Source of the DNA: an uncultured Thermoleophilia bacterium
GTDB taxonomy: Bacteria > Actinomycetota > Thermoleophilia > RBG-16-64-13
Direction: 5' to 3'
DNA: 64,000 bases
NCBI GenBank assembly: GCA_963772095.1
Contig: CAVYVU010000017.1
Location: 162,201 to 226,200, forward strand
Both the position numbers and the translations under genes were made by a program. A model generated the notes under the pieces. That model was not told the origin of the DNA and ran no database searches. It was given only the letters and a program-made list of their open reading frames with translations. Below, piece after piece: positions 49,262 through 58,894 of the stretch (position 1 is its first letter; the number at the start of each line of letters is the position of its first letter).

Positions 49262-50160
49262 ATTCTTATCACTTTCCGCCTGACGGTGGGCAGAGACAAC
49301 GCCACCACCACCAGAAGGGCTGTAAACAACTTCAGATCCGTTGGAGCGATTCCAAGCCTCAAGCTGACGGAGATAAGCAGCCGGAAGACTATCGAGCCGC
49401 CAATTGCGCTAAAAAGGACCCAACTGATGCTTCTCGTTCCGAAAAGCACCTCGCCGATGATGACCCCGGCTAGGCCGGCCACGATCGTACCGATACCCAT
49501 GCCCACGTCCGCGAACCCTTGGTACTGAGCGACCAGCGAGCCACTCAGGGCGACAAGTGCGTTCGCCAGGCCGAGCCCGAGCACACGCACCACGTTAGTG
49601 TTGACTCCAAGCGAACGAAGCATCTGTTCGTTGTCGCCGGTGGCCTGCAGAGCAAGACCCAGTTCGGTGTGCAAGAACCAGTCAAGTACATACTTGACTA
49701 TCAGCATGAGTATGGCCAGCGCAAGGATGAGCCACCATCCGGTCATGTGTACCGACAGCCACTTACCGATCTGGTCGAAGACGTTTTTCTGACGGAGGAG
49801 GGGTATGTTGCTGCCCCCCATGATGCGTAGATTCACCGTGTAGAGACTGGTCATGACGAGAATGCCGGCAAGCAGCTTGGGCCCATAGTTGGTGGAATTG
49901 CTGTCTCCCGATTTCAGAAGAAGGTGGAGAAGCCCGGTTATGAGGCCTGCACCCAAGCCTGCAGCAGTACCGGCGATAGTTGCCAACCAGGGAGAGTGGC
50001 CCGCGGTGATGATGACAGCCGTTACCGCCGCTCCCAGAGGAAGACTTCCGTCCACCGTCAAGTCAGGGAAGTCCAAGACCCGAAAAGTCAAGAAGACCCC
50101 GAGGACCATGAAGCCATACAGAAGGCCCTGCTCGAGCGCACTGGTTATCACCGACTCCAC
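49258..50160 (-). CDS. ABC transporter permease (COG4120-type)
   Basis: SALEQGLLYGFMVLGVFLTFRVLDFPDLTVDGS.. and multiple TM helices. GTG start behind GGAG is proposed; the ORF is open to 50235. Confidence 0.75.
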   Translation of the reverse strand: MESVITSALEQGLLYGFMVLGVFLTFRVLDFPDLTVDGSLPLGAAVTAVIITAGHSPWLATIAGTAAGLGAGLITGLLHLLLKSGDSNSTNYGPKLLAGILVMTSLYTVNLRIMGGSNIPLLRQKNVFDQIGKWLSVHMTGWWLILALAILMLIVKYVLDWFLHTELGLALQATGDNEQMLRSLGVNTNVVRVLGLGLANALVALSGSLVAQYQGFADVGMGIGTIVAGLAGVIIGEVLFGTRSISWVLFSAIGGSIVFRLLISVSLRLGIAPTDLKLFTALLVVVALSLPTVRRKVIRM

Positions 50161-50278
50161 TAATGCACCACTCCGCGTGCGCCTGTAGTCAGGTGCGAGA
50201 GGCCACCAGATGGCGGGGCCGCGGAGCCCCTGCATCTGGTGGCACTCGCTTCATGCCGTGAATCGCGCTGTTGGTGAG

Positions 50279-51319
50279 CTAGAAGGTCGTATTAGCCTTA
50301 GCTTTCAGCGCGTCGGGGATGGTTACCCCCATGGCGGTGGCCGCACTCAGGTTTATGGCCAGTTGGAGGTTCTGCGCGTACTGGACGGGTATTTTCGAAA
50401 TCGGAGTACCTTGAAGGACCTGCACGGCGATCTGTCCAGCCTGCTTTCCATGATCGGTGTAGTCAAATGCATAAGCGGCGACTGCTCCCGCTTTGACGCT
50501 GTCGATATCACCGGCGATCAGGGGGATCTTGTTGTCTTGACAAACCTTGATCACGCTATCCAGCGCCGAAACGACAGTGTTGTCGGTAAGTACCGAGATT
50601 GCATCGACCCGGCCCACGAGAGACTGTGCGGCGGCGAGCACTTCGGAGGAACTCGCGGCCGTAGCTTCAACGACCTTCAGGCCCATGGCCGCAGCGGCCG
50701 TCTTCTCTTTCTCAACCAACGTCACCGAGTTGGTTTCGCCGGCATTGTAGAGAAGACCGATTGTCTTGACATTTGGGACCAGCTGCTTGATCAGGTCGAG
50801 GTGAGGTTGAACGGGCAGCATGTCCGAGGCGCCTGTGACGTTGCCCTCGGGTGCGTTAGCGTTTTTGACAAGGCCCGCTGCGACTGGGTCAGTGACGGCC
50901 GCGAAGACGATCGGGATTGTCGTCGTGGCTTTTGCCACCGCTTGGCTGGTAGGCGTGGCCACGGAGAGTATCAAGTCCAATTTCTCGCTTGCGAACTTCT
51001 GTGCGATTGCTGTGGCGTTGGCCATGTCGCCCTGGGCGTTCTCCTTGTCGAAGGTGACGTTCTTACCCTCGACGTATCCCGCTTGGGCAAGGGCCTGGAT
51101 AAACCCCGTGACCGTGGCGTCGAGCGCGGGGTGCGTAACGATCTGAGTGATGCCGATCTTATAAACCTTGCCCGGTGCGGGTCCCCCGGTATTGCCTCCA
51201 CTTGCGGAGGTCGCTCCAGTGGTAGCAGTGGAGCCACCGCACCCCGCGCCAACAATCGCGAAGACGATCACCGCCGTTAGAACACCCAAGATGGCCATTG
51301 CTTTGTGTGAAGCACGCAT
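50279..51319 (-). CDS. ABC transporter substrate-binding protein (ABC_sub_bind / COG2984-type)
   Basis: Signal peptide with a lipobox-like AGCGG, then KIGITQIVTHPALDA...GF...AGYVEGKNV. Confidence 0.85.
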   Translation of the reverse strand: MRASHKAMAILGVLTAVIVFAIVGAGCGGSTATTGATSASGGNTGGPAPGKVYKIGITQIVTHPALDATVTGFIQALAQAGYVEGKNVTFDKENAQGDMANATAIAQKFASEKLDLILSVATPTSQAVAKATTTIPIVFAAVTDPVAAGLVKNANAPEGNVTGASDMLPVQPHLDLIKQLVPNVKTIGLLYNAGETNSVTLVEKEKTAAAAMGLKVVEATAASSSEVLAAAQSLVGRVDAISVLTDNTVVSALDSVIKVCQDNKIPLIAGDIDSVKAGAVAAYAFDYTDHGKQAGQIAVQVLQGTPISKIPVQYAQNLQLAINLSAATAMGVTIPDALKAKANTTF

Positions 51320-51628
51320 GCTTTCCCCCCTCTAGATACGATTCAACGCAAGCATTGTATGTTCTTACTCCACACATCTGCAAGTCAACCCATTTGGGAC
51401 TGCACATTGCAGAATGCCTGCAGACCGGCATTCCTGGACCGCGCTGCCTCGATCTCAAGACTGCAAACTATCTGGAAGACAAGATCTTCTCCATGGCATT
51501 GGGGGAGCATGATGTGAGCCTCCGACTCTAGCGGCACCCCCGGCGCAATCCCTTGCGCCTCGCCGTGCCTAATGAGCAGAAGCTCCCTCACCTTTTCCTC
51601 CGGCTCGCTCGGTTTCTTCCGACAAGAA

Positions 51629-51658
51629 GCCCTGGGCTTGCGCGCGCAAGCCCAGGGC
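51629..51658. repeat. Perfect 30-nt palindrome GCCCTGGGCTTGCGC|GCGCAAGCCCAGGGC
   Basis: Read directly from the sequence. It lies in a 680-nt non-coding gap and is flanked by a second small inverted repeat, TTCTT-ccgac-AAGAA. Confidence 0.6.
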
Positions 51659-52002
51659 CATACATCCGGATCGAACTTGACGATGCCCGTCGGACCTGCT
51701 ACGCCCCAAGTGACATGTCAACGACAAGTGATGAGGCCGTACCGGAATATTGACATCATCACCCTTTTCTTGGAACATTCTTTTGCATTTGCTCTGCCAT
51801 TGGTGTGCGCGCTTGCGCAATGCAGGCTGGGGAGGTGCGACACCGGGGATCGGCACTGCTCGTAGCGCGCTTGTGTGAGTGCACCAACCTACCCGAATCA
51901 CTGACCATGGAGAGCCGGCTTATTCGGCACCTAGAGCCCGCAGGCAGGAAGACGTGTCCGGTTTCACCGAAATGCTGCTGAGAAGGTAAGAGGGGATGAA
52001 GC

Positions 52003-53466
52003 ATGAAGGATCTGAGGCAGTGGATCGCGGCCATCGAGGCCGAGGGCGAACTCAAGCGGATAACCACCGAGGTCGACTGGGAGCTGGAGCTGGGGCATAT
52101 CGCCACCCTGAACGAGCGGCAGCAAGGACCGGCACTGCTATTTGAGAACGTCAAGGGCTACAAGGTGCCGGTTCTTGCGAGCACCTGCAGCACAGCGAAG
52201 AAGATGGCCATCACGTGCAACAGGCCATCTCACTACACGCTGTGCGAGGTAGCGAAAGACTGGATGGCTATCCACGAGGAAGGCAAGAGCGTCGACCCTG
52301 TCGTCGTGGAAGGCGTCCCGTCGATTTACGAGGTGCTCGAGGGCGATGACATCAACCTCTGGGACATCCCCGTGCCACGGATGTATCCCCAAGACGGCGG
52401 CCGCTATTTCGGCCTGGCGACCTGTTTCGTCACCGAGGACCCGGAAACCGGCTGGACCAACCTGGGCACCTACCGCGCCCAGGTATTGGACGAGAAGACC
52501 CTCGGATGCAATATCTGGATCGGGACGAAGCATGGCAAACACCACATCGACAAGTACCTGAAGAGCGGCAAGACCAAGATGCCTATCGCCATCTACTGCG
52601 GTTGCGACATCTTCCATTTCGTCGTCGGATCGGCCCGGGTACCGGAGCAGCAGGACGAATACGGGGTCATAGGCGCGATGATGGGCGAGCCGGTGGAGGT
52701 GTTCAAGAGCGATCTTACCGGGCTCAAGCTGCCGGCTAACGCTGAGTACATCCTGGAGGGTGAGCTCGACCTGGATCAGGCCAATTGGCGGCCAGAGGGC
52801 CCCCTTGGCGAGTACGTCGGCTACTACGGCGCCAGCGGTGCAGGGACCCCGAAACCTCCGATGACGGTCACACGCATGTATCGCCGGAGAGACCCCATCT
52901 TCGTAGTGACCACGGTGGGACGCCCGATAGGTGATACTCATATCATCAACACCATAACCCTGACCGCTGCTCTCTGGGCGGATCTGGGGACGATGAAGGT
53001 GCCGGGTGTCAAGTCGGTCTATGTCCCGCCCGAGGCGGCCGGTAGGTTCTGGGCTATCGTCTCAGCCAAGATCGCCTACCCGGCCCATGCCCAACGGATC
53101 CTGGAGGCGGTTGCGTGTAGCCCAACCGGACATTTCGGGATCAAAGGCGTGATTGTCGTGGACGAAGACATCGCAGCCGACGACATGGCCGGAGTGTGGT
53201 GGTCGCTGGCCTGCCGCTACAACCCGGTACCGGACACCCAGCTGCTGAACAAGATGCGACCCACGCCGTTCGACCCGGCCCTTCCCATCGGACAGAAGAC
53301 CTTCGGTTCCACGATTCTGATTGACGCCACCATACCGATCGAGTGGGAGAAGAAGCCCATCCCGGTTGTGCTGGATGAAGCTACCACCAAGAAGGTGGTC
53401 GACAAATGGCAGCAGTACGGTTTCGACAAGCCGTACCCGACACTGGGCGGTACTCTGCCCCGATAA
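52003..53466 (+). CDS. UbiD-family (prFMN-dependent) decarboxylase
   Basis: MKDLRQWIAAIEAEGELKRITTEVDWELELG...GPALLFENVKGY... and full UbiD-like length. No ubiX is adjacent. Confidence 0.9.
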   Translation: MKDLRQWIAAIEAEGELKRITTEVDWELELGHIATLNERQQGPALLFENVKGYKVPVLASTCSTAKKMAITCNRPSHYTLCEVAKDWMAIHEEGKSVDPVVVEGVPSIYEVLEGDDINLWDIPVPRMYPQDGGRYFGLATCFVTEDPETGWTNLGTYRAQVLDEKTLGCNIWIGTKHGKHHIDKYLKSGKTKMPIAIYCGCDIFHFVVGSARVPEQQDEYGVIGAMMGEPVEVFKSDLTGLKLPANAEYILEGELDLDQANWRPEGPLGEYVGYYGASGAGTPKPPMTVTRMYRRRDPIFVVTTVGRPIGDTHIINTITLTAALWADLGTMKVPGVKSVYVPPEAAGRFWAIVSAKIAYPAHAQRILEAVACSPTGHFGIKGVIVVDEDIAADDMAGVWWSLACRYNPVPDTQLLNKMRPTPFDPALPIGQKTFGSTILIDATIPIEWEKKPIPVVLDEATTKKVVDKWQQYGFDKPYPTLGGTLPR

Positions 53467-53483
53467 TCTACGGAACACGCACC

Positions 53484-53532
53484 GTGGTGGCGAGCGACGA
53501 GGCCTGCTCAGGTCCTCGTCGCTCGCCACCAC
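53484..53532 (+). terminator. 19-bp perfect hairpin downstream of UbiD
   Basis: GTGGTGGCGAGCGACGAGG-11 nt-CCTCGTCGCTCGCCACCAC, 18 nt after the stop. Confidence 0.6.
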
Positions 53533-53565
53533 TTCCAACGTGTACTGAGCGGGAGCAAGCCGGAT

Positions 53566-53760
53566 CTACTGGTGATGGGTCCTGACTCGCTCTAAGACCT
53601 GATCCAGGGTTCCCGCGAACGCCCCGGGCGTCTCCATCTTGATCGACACCAAAGCCGCCGCGAACTTGAGTGATTCCTCAACGTCGTGATCCAGGCGGCC
53701 CGAGACCTGTTGGCGCCCTCTCGGTTTCTCTCCGAGGCCAGACACGCTGCCGCTGCCATT
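53566..53760 (-). pseudogene. Possible C-terminal remnant of a PfkB-family sugar kinase
   Basis: Only ...EESLKFAAALVSIKMETPGAFAGTLDQVLERV resembles the PfkB C-terminus. No GAGD motif or N-terminal domain is present. Confidence 0.3.
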
Positions 53761-53939
53761 TTCGAGCGCCCCTAAGAGGGGCATGGAGTCGTGCCCGGCA
53801 GGAGCGACGGCTCTCCGGGCAGATGAGGCTCCGTCTGTAACGATCGTGCTCCGATTCCACAAGTGTAACCAGACTTTAGAAGAACTTTACTGCCCATGGG
53901 AGATACTTCGCGGGCAAAGCGCCAGAAGGAGCCGTTGGG

Positions 53940-54392
53940 ATGAAGAAGTTCATACTCTCCGCGTTCACCATAGCTGCCTTTACCATCTACGCGGTCCAGT
54001 CGCGCCAGGGGCTGGCAACTCGAGCGACCGCGAGCACGCAGCCCGCGTCCACGGTCACCTCCTCCGCGCCCCGGCAGGGTTCAGCCGGGGTTGCCGCTGG
54101 AACGAGCGGCTACAAGAACGGAAGCTACACCGGTAGCCAGGCCGACGCCTTGTACGGCACGGTGCAGGTGAAGGCCGTAATCAAGAATGGCCGACTGACC
54201 GACGTCCAGTTCTTGAGCCAGCCCACAGACCGACGACGGTCACAATCCATAAACAGCCAGGCGACCCCGATCCTTAGGCAAGAAGCGATCCAAGCGCAGA
54301 GTGCCAACGTACAGGCGGTCAGCGGCGCGACCTTGACCAGCGAAGCGTTTGTCCAGTCCCTGCAATCTGCTCTGAGTCAAGCGAAGGCTTGA
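53940..54392 (+). CDS. Secreted/anchored FMN-binding domain protein (predicted ApbE substrate)
   Basis: N-terminal hydrophobic anchor and an FMN_bind pattern carrying the flavinylation motif AVSGATLTS. Confidence 0.8.
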   Translation: MKKFILSAFTIAAFTIYAVQSRQGLATRATASTQPASTVTSSAPRQGSAGVAAGTSGYKNGSYTGSQADALYGTVQVKAVIKNGRLTDVQFLSQPTDRRRSQSINSQATPILRQEAIQAQSANVQAVSGATLTSEAFVQSLQSALSQAKA

Positions 54393-54436
54393 GGCAGCCG
54401 CGCAGGCAAGAACGCCGGCAGGGAGCATCACGGGCT

Positions 54437-55216
54437 ATGAAAGAACAGCGCATCCTGATGGACATGCCTGTCACGATCGAGATAGCGGGGCAGAAGGCCG
54501 ATGCCGGGCATTTCGAGCGCCTGTTCGCGTACTTCCAGTACGTGGAGGACACGTTCAGCCCCTATAAGGCCACCAGTGAGACGACCCGCCTAAACGAAGG
54601 AATCCTCCGCCCGAGCGACTACAGCGAAGATATGAGGACCATCATGCGTTTGGCCGAGCAGACCCGACTTGAGACCAAGGGCTACTTCGATGTCTTCAAG
54701 AACGGCATGTTTAATCCTGTGGGGATAGTCAAAGGCTGGGCGGTTCACAACGCTTCTGAGATGCTGAGAAAGGAAGGCGTGTGGGACTTCTTCGTGGACG
54801 CGGGAGGAGACATCCAACTTTCCGGCCTCAACGACGAGCAAGAATACTGGGTTGTGGGCATCCGGAACCCTTTCAATCCGCAAGAGGTGATTAAGGTCCT
54901 GCGCTTAAGCGACATCGGCATCGCCACCTCCGGCACTTACGTGAGGGGACAACATATCTACAACCCGCTCTCCTCCGAGGACCGTCCCATCGACGAGATC
55001 GTGAGCGTCACCGTGCTGGGCCCAAACGTCTACGAAGCTGACCGCTTCGCGACTGCGGCCTTTGCCATGGGCCTGGAGGGCATCCACTTCATCGAGGAAC
55101 TGTCGGGATTCGAGGGGTATCTGATCGACAAGACGGGCATGGCGACCATGACGAGCGGGTTCGCGGACCATGTGGTCCGGCGGCTGGTCGATCCCGGCTC
55201 AAGGGTGACGCCATGA
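54437..55216 (+). CDS. apbE: FAD:protein FMN transferase
   Basis: MDMPVTIEI..., FSPYK..SE..RLN, GIVKGWA, DAGGDI, GIATSGTY. Confidence 0.85.
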   Translation: MKEQRILMDMPVTIEIAGQKADAGHFERLFAYFQYVEDTFSPYKATSETTRLNEGILRPSDYSEDMRTIMRLAEQTRLETKGYFDVFKNGMFNPVGIVKGWAVHNASEMLRKEGVWDFFVDAGGDIQLSGLNDEQEYWVVGIRNPFNPQEVIKVLRLSDIGIATSGTYVRGQHIYNPLSSEDRPIDEIVSVTVLGPNVYEADRFATAAFAMGLEGIHFIEELSGFEGYLIDKTGMATMTSGFADHVVRRLVDPGSRVTP

Positions 55217-56733
55217 TCAGACGCCTGGACCGAGTCCTTGGCGGCGTCACCATGTACCGGCTGATCCTCGTCTGGCTCGCCATCCTGGTCCTTGCCGGCG
55301 TGCTGTTCTCCTTGGTGGGCCTGCTGCCTTATAGCGCCGCCAACATCCTGGCCTCGACCGTCTTCCTGCTCGCCGTATCAATCGTCTCCAACGCGATCTT
55401 CGCCAGGGTTTTCGAAGCTGCCACCAGTAACGAGTCGGTATACATCACGGCGCTCATCTTGGCCCTCATCATCTCGCCCACTGCTACCTCTGCAAACTTG
55501 CCCTTCCTCGCGTGCGCCGCGGTCCTGGCCACCGCTTCGAAGTACATCATCGCGCCGCGTCGGCGCCATATCTTCAATCCGGCCGCTCTTGCCGTCGTCA
55601 TGACATCGCTGTTCCTGAACCACTCCGCCAGTTGGTGGGTGGGTAACCTCCTGATGCTGCCCATCGTTCTGGTGGGCGGCATTCTCGTTGTTTACAAGAT
55701 GCGGAGATTCGACCTCGTCTGGGCCTTCTTCATCGCCGTACTCCTCACCGTTTTGGGTTTTGCTGTCTTTGCTGGAACCCAGTTCATACCGACTCTCCGC
55801 GAGCTGGTCGTCCACTCTCCGCTGCTGTTCTTCGCGTTCGCCATGCTCACAGAACCGCTCACGACGCCCCCTACCAAGGCGTTACAACTGTGGTACGGAG
55901 CGCTCGTGGGCCTGCTCTTTGTTCCGCAGACGCACCTCGGGAGCTTCTACTTCACCCCGGAGATCGCGCTGCTCGTGGGCAACGTGTTCTCATACATGGT
56001 CAGTCCAAAGACAAACCTCATGCTTTCCCTGAAAGAGAGAAGAAAGTTGGCTCCGGACATCTATGAGTTCGTCTTCCATAATGAGAGAAGATTGCGCTTC
56101 AAACCAGGCCAGTACATGGAATGGACACTCCCTCACGACCGTGCGGACGGCAGAGGCAACCGAAGGTTCCTCACACTCTCGTCTTCGCCGACGGAACGGG
56201 AGGTGAAGATAGGCGTGAAGTTCCATTCCCGGCCGAGTTCGTTCAAGCGCCGGCTCCTCAGCATGAAGAAGGGCGAACGGATTGCGGCTGGGCACTTGGC
56301 CGGAGACTTCGTCTTGCCCGACGACAAAGCCGAGAAGGTCGCTTTTATTGCCGGGGGCATCGGGATAACCCCATTCAAGAGCATGATCAAATATATGCTC
56401 GATACCGGCGACAGACGCGCTGTCGTGGTGCTATACGCGAATAGGCGGGTCGAGGACATCGCCTATGACGGGCTGTTGGAGCAGGCAGCGGAGCGGCTCG
56501 GGATACGCACCGTGCACATCCTGACCGATCTTCGTCAAGTACCCTCAAGCTGGGACGGAAGGACCGGCCACATCGACGAGAATCTCATTGCGCAAGAAGT
56601 ACCGGATTATCGCGATCGCATCTTCTTCGTGTCTGGCCCGCCGGACATGGTCGCCGCAGCCAAGAAGGCGATAGCCCGGTTGGGAGTTAAGCGGAACCGC
56701 ATACGAACGGACTACTTTCCCGGCCTCGCGTAG
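55213..56733 (+). CDS. RnfD/NqrB-like membrane domain fused to a ferredoxin-NADP reductase-like FAD/NAD(P) domain
   Basis: HIFNPAA and MLTEPLTTPPT membrane motifs, then RRFLTLSS (RxYS-like), FIAGGIGITPF and FVSGPPDMV. ATGA overlap with apbE. Confidence 0.8.
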   Translation: MIRRLDRVLGGVTMYRLILVWLAILVLAGVLFSLVGLLPYSAANILASTVFLLAVSIVSNAIFARVFEAATSNESVYITALILALIISPTATSANLPFLACAAVLATASKYIIAPRRRHIFNPAALAVVMTSLFLNHSASWWVGNLLMLPIVLVGGILVVYKMRRFDLVWAFFIAVLLTVLGFAVFAGTQFIPTLRELVVHSPLLFFAFAMLTEPLTTPPTKALQLWYGALVGLLFVPQTHLGSFYFTPEIALLVGNVFSYMVSPKTNLMLSLKERRKLAPDIYEFVFHNERRLRFKPGQYMEWTLPHDRADGRGNRRFLTLSSSPTEREVKIGVKFHSRPSSFKRRLLSMKKGERIAAGHLAGDFVLPDDKAEKVAFIAGGIGITPFKSMIKYMLDTGDRRAVVVLYANRRVEDIAYDGLLEQAAERLGIRTVHILTDLRQVPSSWDGRTGHIDENLIAQEVPDYRDRIFFVSGPPDMVAAAKKAIARLGVKRNRIRTDYFPGLA

Positions 56734-56993
56734 CCGGCCGCGGGATCGCCTGCACCACTCCCGCTACTTACCAGCCGGGAACGAACACCATGACCAAGTG
56801 GTGATCGTCAGGCAAGCGCTCTAGACGCCATCCATTCTGCAGCCGCCCTGCCCCAGCCCTGACGCGTCGGCTCAACGCTCTCCTTTGGTTTCGCTTCCTC
56901 ACTCCGGGGAATCTTTGGTCCGTCTGACTCATTCTGACCCCGGGGATGCAAATGGCAGCTAGCGGCTCGCTCCTTCTTGGAAAGGTGAAGAGG

Positions 56994-58598
56994 ATGAAGA
57001 GCTACGAGAGGCTCATCCTTCTTGTGCTTCTTGCCCTCGCGGTGATTGTTGCGCTTTCGGGTACCGCCCACGCCGCTGGTTTCTCGGATGTCCCGCCAAG
57101 CCACCCGTACTTCACCGCCATCTCGGATCTGGCCGGGCGCCAGGTGATAAACGGCTTTACGGACGGCACCTTCCGCCCCGACAACCCGGTAACCCGCCAG
57201 CAGTTCGCCAAGATGATCGTCAAGTCGCTCGGTCTTCCCGTCTCCGCGGCCGACACCGATCCCTTCACGGACGTGCCGACCGGCCAGGACCCCAGCGACC
57301 CTTTCTACCCTGACAAGTACGTGGCAGTGGTCTGGAAGAACGGCATAACCGCGGGGAAGACAGCCACCACCTTCGCGCCGGCCGACCACCTTACGAGTGC
57401 TCAACTCGTCACCTTGGTGGCTCGGGCCGCCCAACTGCCCGATCCCCCCGCCGACTACACTCCCCCCTTCGGTGACTTCTCTCCCGTGCACTACCCCTGG
57501 GCAAGGAAAGCGGCCTATGCTGGGCTCTTGGCTGGTCTGCAAGGGTTGGGAGAGACTTTCGACTTCACCAAGGACGCGACGCGTGGGGAATGCGCCCAGC
57601 TCCTGCATAACCTGCTCGTCCACAACCAAACGGGCAACTTCTGGAGAAACCTAAACCCCTCCGGCACCGTTCCACCTGCCCGTTACGGCCATTCTATGGT
57701 CTACCTCTCGGCCGGCGTAAGCGGAAAGACGATCCTGTTTGGAGGGGAGACCACCGTCGGGCCTGCGAACGACACCTGGGTCTACGAGCGAACCACCAAC
57801 ACCTGGACCGAGCTGAGTCCGTCCGGCCCATTGCCCTCGCCTCGCCAGGGCCAAGCCATGGTCTATGATCCGGCCAATGGTCAGGTGATCATGTTTGGAG
57901 GGCAAGGCTCTGCCGGCTACATGAACGACACCTGGGCGTACGACCCGGCGGCCAACACGTGGACTAACCTCAACCCGTCCGGTCAGTTGCCCTCGGCTCG
58001 GGTGTACCATTCGATGGCCTTTGACCCGGTGAGCGGAAAGGTGATCCTTTTCGGGGGGTTCGGCGGAGCACCGGACTTCTTATTCGACACCTGGGCCTAC
58101 GACCCCAGCGCCAACACCTGGACCCAGCTTCACCCTTCAGGCAGCGTGCCGCCCGCCCGCGACCTCTCAGCGATGGCCTACGACCCTCCCACGGCCAAGA
58201 TGATCCTCTTTGGGGGGCTCGGCACCGGTGGTGACCTGAACGACACCTGGGCTTATGACCCTGCCGCCAACTCATGGACCAACCTTAACCCCGCCGGTCC
58301 ATTGCCGACCGCCCGCAGGGGACATGCCATGGTCTACATATACGTGCAGAACGGCGGGAAGATGATCATGGAGGGCGGCAGAGCCGGCAGATCTCCAAAC
58401 GACGAGGACCTCGACGACACTGAGGTGTTCGATCCCTTTACTTTGCGCTGGGTGGAACTCGCGCCCAGGGGCCCAGTACCCGCCGCCCGTGACGGTCACG
58501 CCATGGTCCTTGGTGGGTCGGCCGGCGAGGTGATCCTCTTCGGAGGGATCGGTAACGCCGACACTCCCTTTGCCGACACCTGGGCTTACACCCCCTGA
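56994..58598 (+). CDS. S-layer homology (SLH) domain protein with a Kelch-repeat beta-propeller
   Basis: Signal peptide ...GTAHA. SLH repeats (FSDVPPSHPYFTAISDLAGRQVINGFTDGTFRPDNPVTRQQFAKM). About 6-7 Kelch-like repeats (NDTWAYDPAANTWT.L.PSG.LP.AR..H.M). Confidence 0.85.
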   Translation: MKSYERLILLVLLALAVIVALSGTAHAAGFSDVPPSHPYFTAISDLAGRQVINGFTDGTFRPDNPVTRQQFAKMIVKSLGLPVSAADTDPFTDVPTGQDPSDPFYPDKYVAVVWKNGITAGKTATTFAPADHLTSAQLVTLVARAAQLPDPPADYTPPFGDFSPVHYPWARKAAYAGLLAGLQGLGETFDFTKDATRGECAQLLHNLLVHNQTGNFWRNLNPSGTVPPARYGHSMVYLSAGVSGKTILFGGETTVGPANDTWVYERTTNTWTELSPSGPLPSPRQGQAMVYDPANGQVIMFGGQGSAGYMNDTWAYDPAANTWTNLNPSGQLPSARVYHSMAFDPVSGKVILFGGFGGAPDFLFDTWAYDPSANTWTQLHPSGSVPPARDLSAMAYDPPTAKMILFGGLGTGGDLNDTWAYDPAANSWTNLNPAGPLPTARRGHAMVYIYVQNGGKMIMEGGRAGRSPNDEDLDDTEVFDPFTLRWVELAPRGPVPAARDGHAMVLGGSAGEVILFGGIGNADTPFADTWAYTP

Positions 58599-58894
58599 GG
58601 TAGGCTAGGACCGCCACCACGGGGCAGCTGACGGCCCGCCCTACCGACTTTGGCCCATGGGACCGATACTATGACGTCGACGATGAAGCGATCCTGGTCA
58701 CACCAGGCCCACAGGGTGATATCAGCCTTCTCCTCGGGTGGTCGATCGCCGCGCGAAGGCCTCATAGACCGCGAGCTTGAGGCGATAGGTCGGCTCCTCG
58801 GCCGGCCCCACTTCTTCTGCCCACTTCTCCACGAAAGCGCCAGGTTGCTCTCTGCCTTCAGGCTCAAGCTGACCGTTGCCACTCAGGCCGAAGG

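Noticed and set aside
50210-51280. 356-aa plus-strand ORF
   Set aside because: Antisense to the ABC substrate-binding protein, which has a signal peptide and family motifs. Treated as a shadow ORF.
56808-57629. 273-aa minus-strand ORF
   Set aside because: Antisense to the SLH-Kelch gene, whose repeats are unmistakable. Treated as a shadow ORF.
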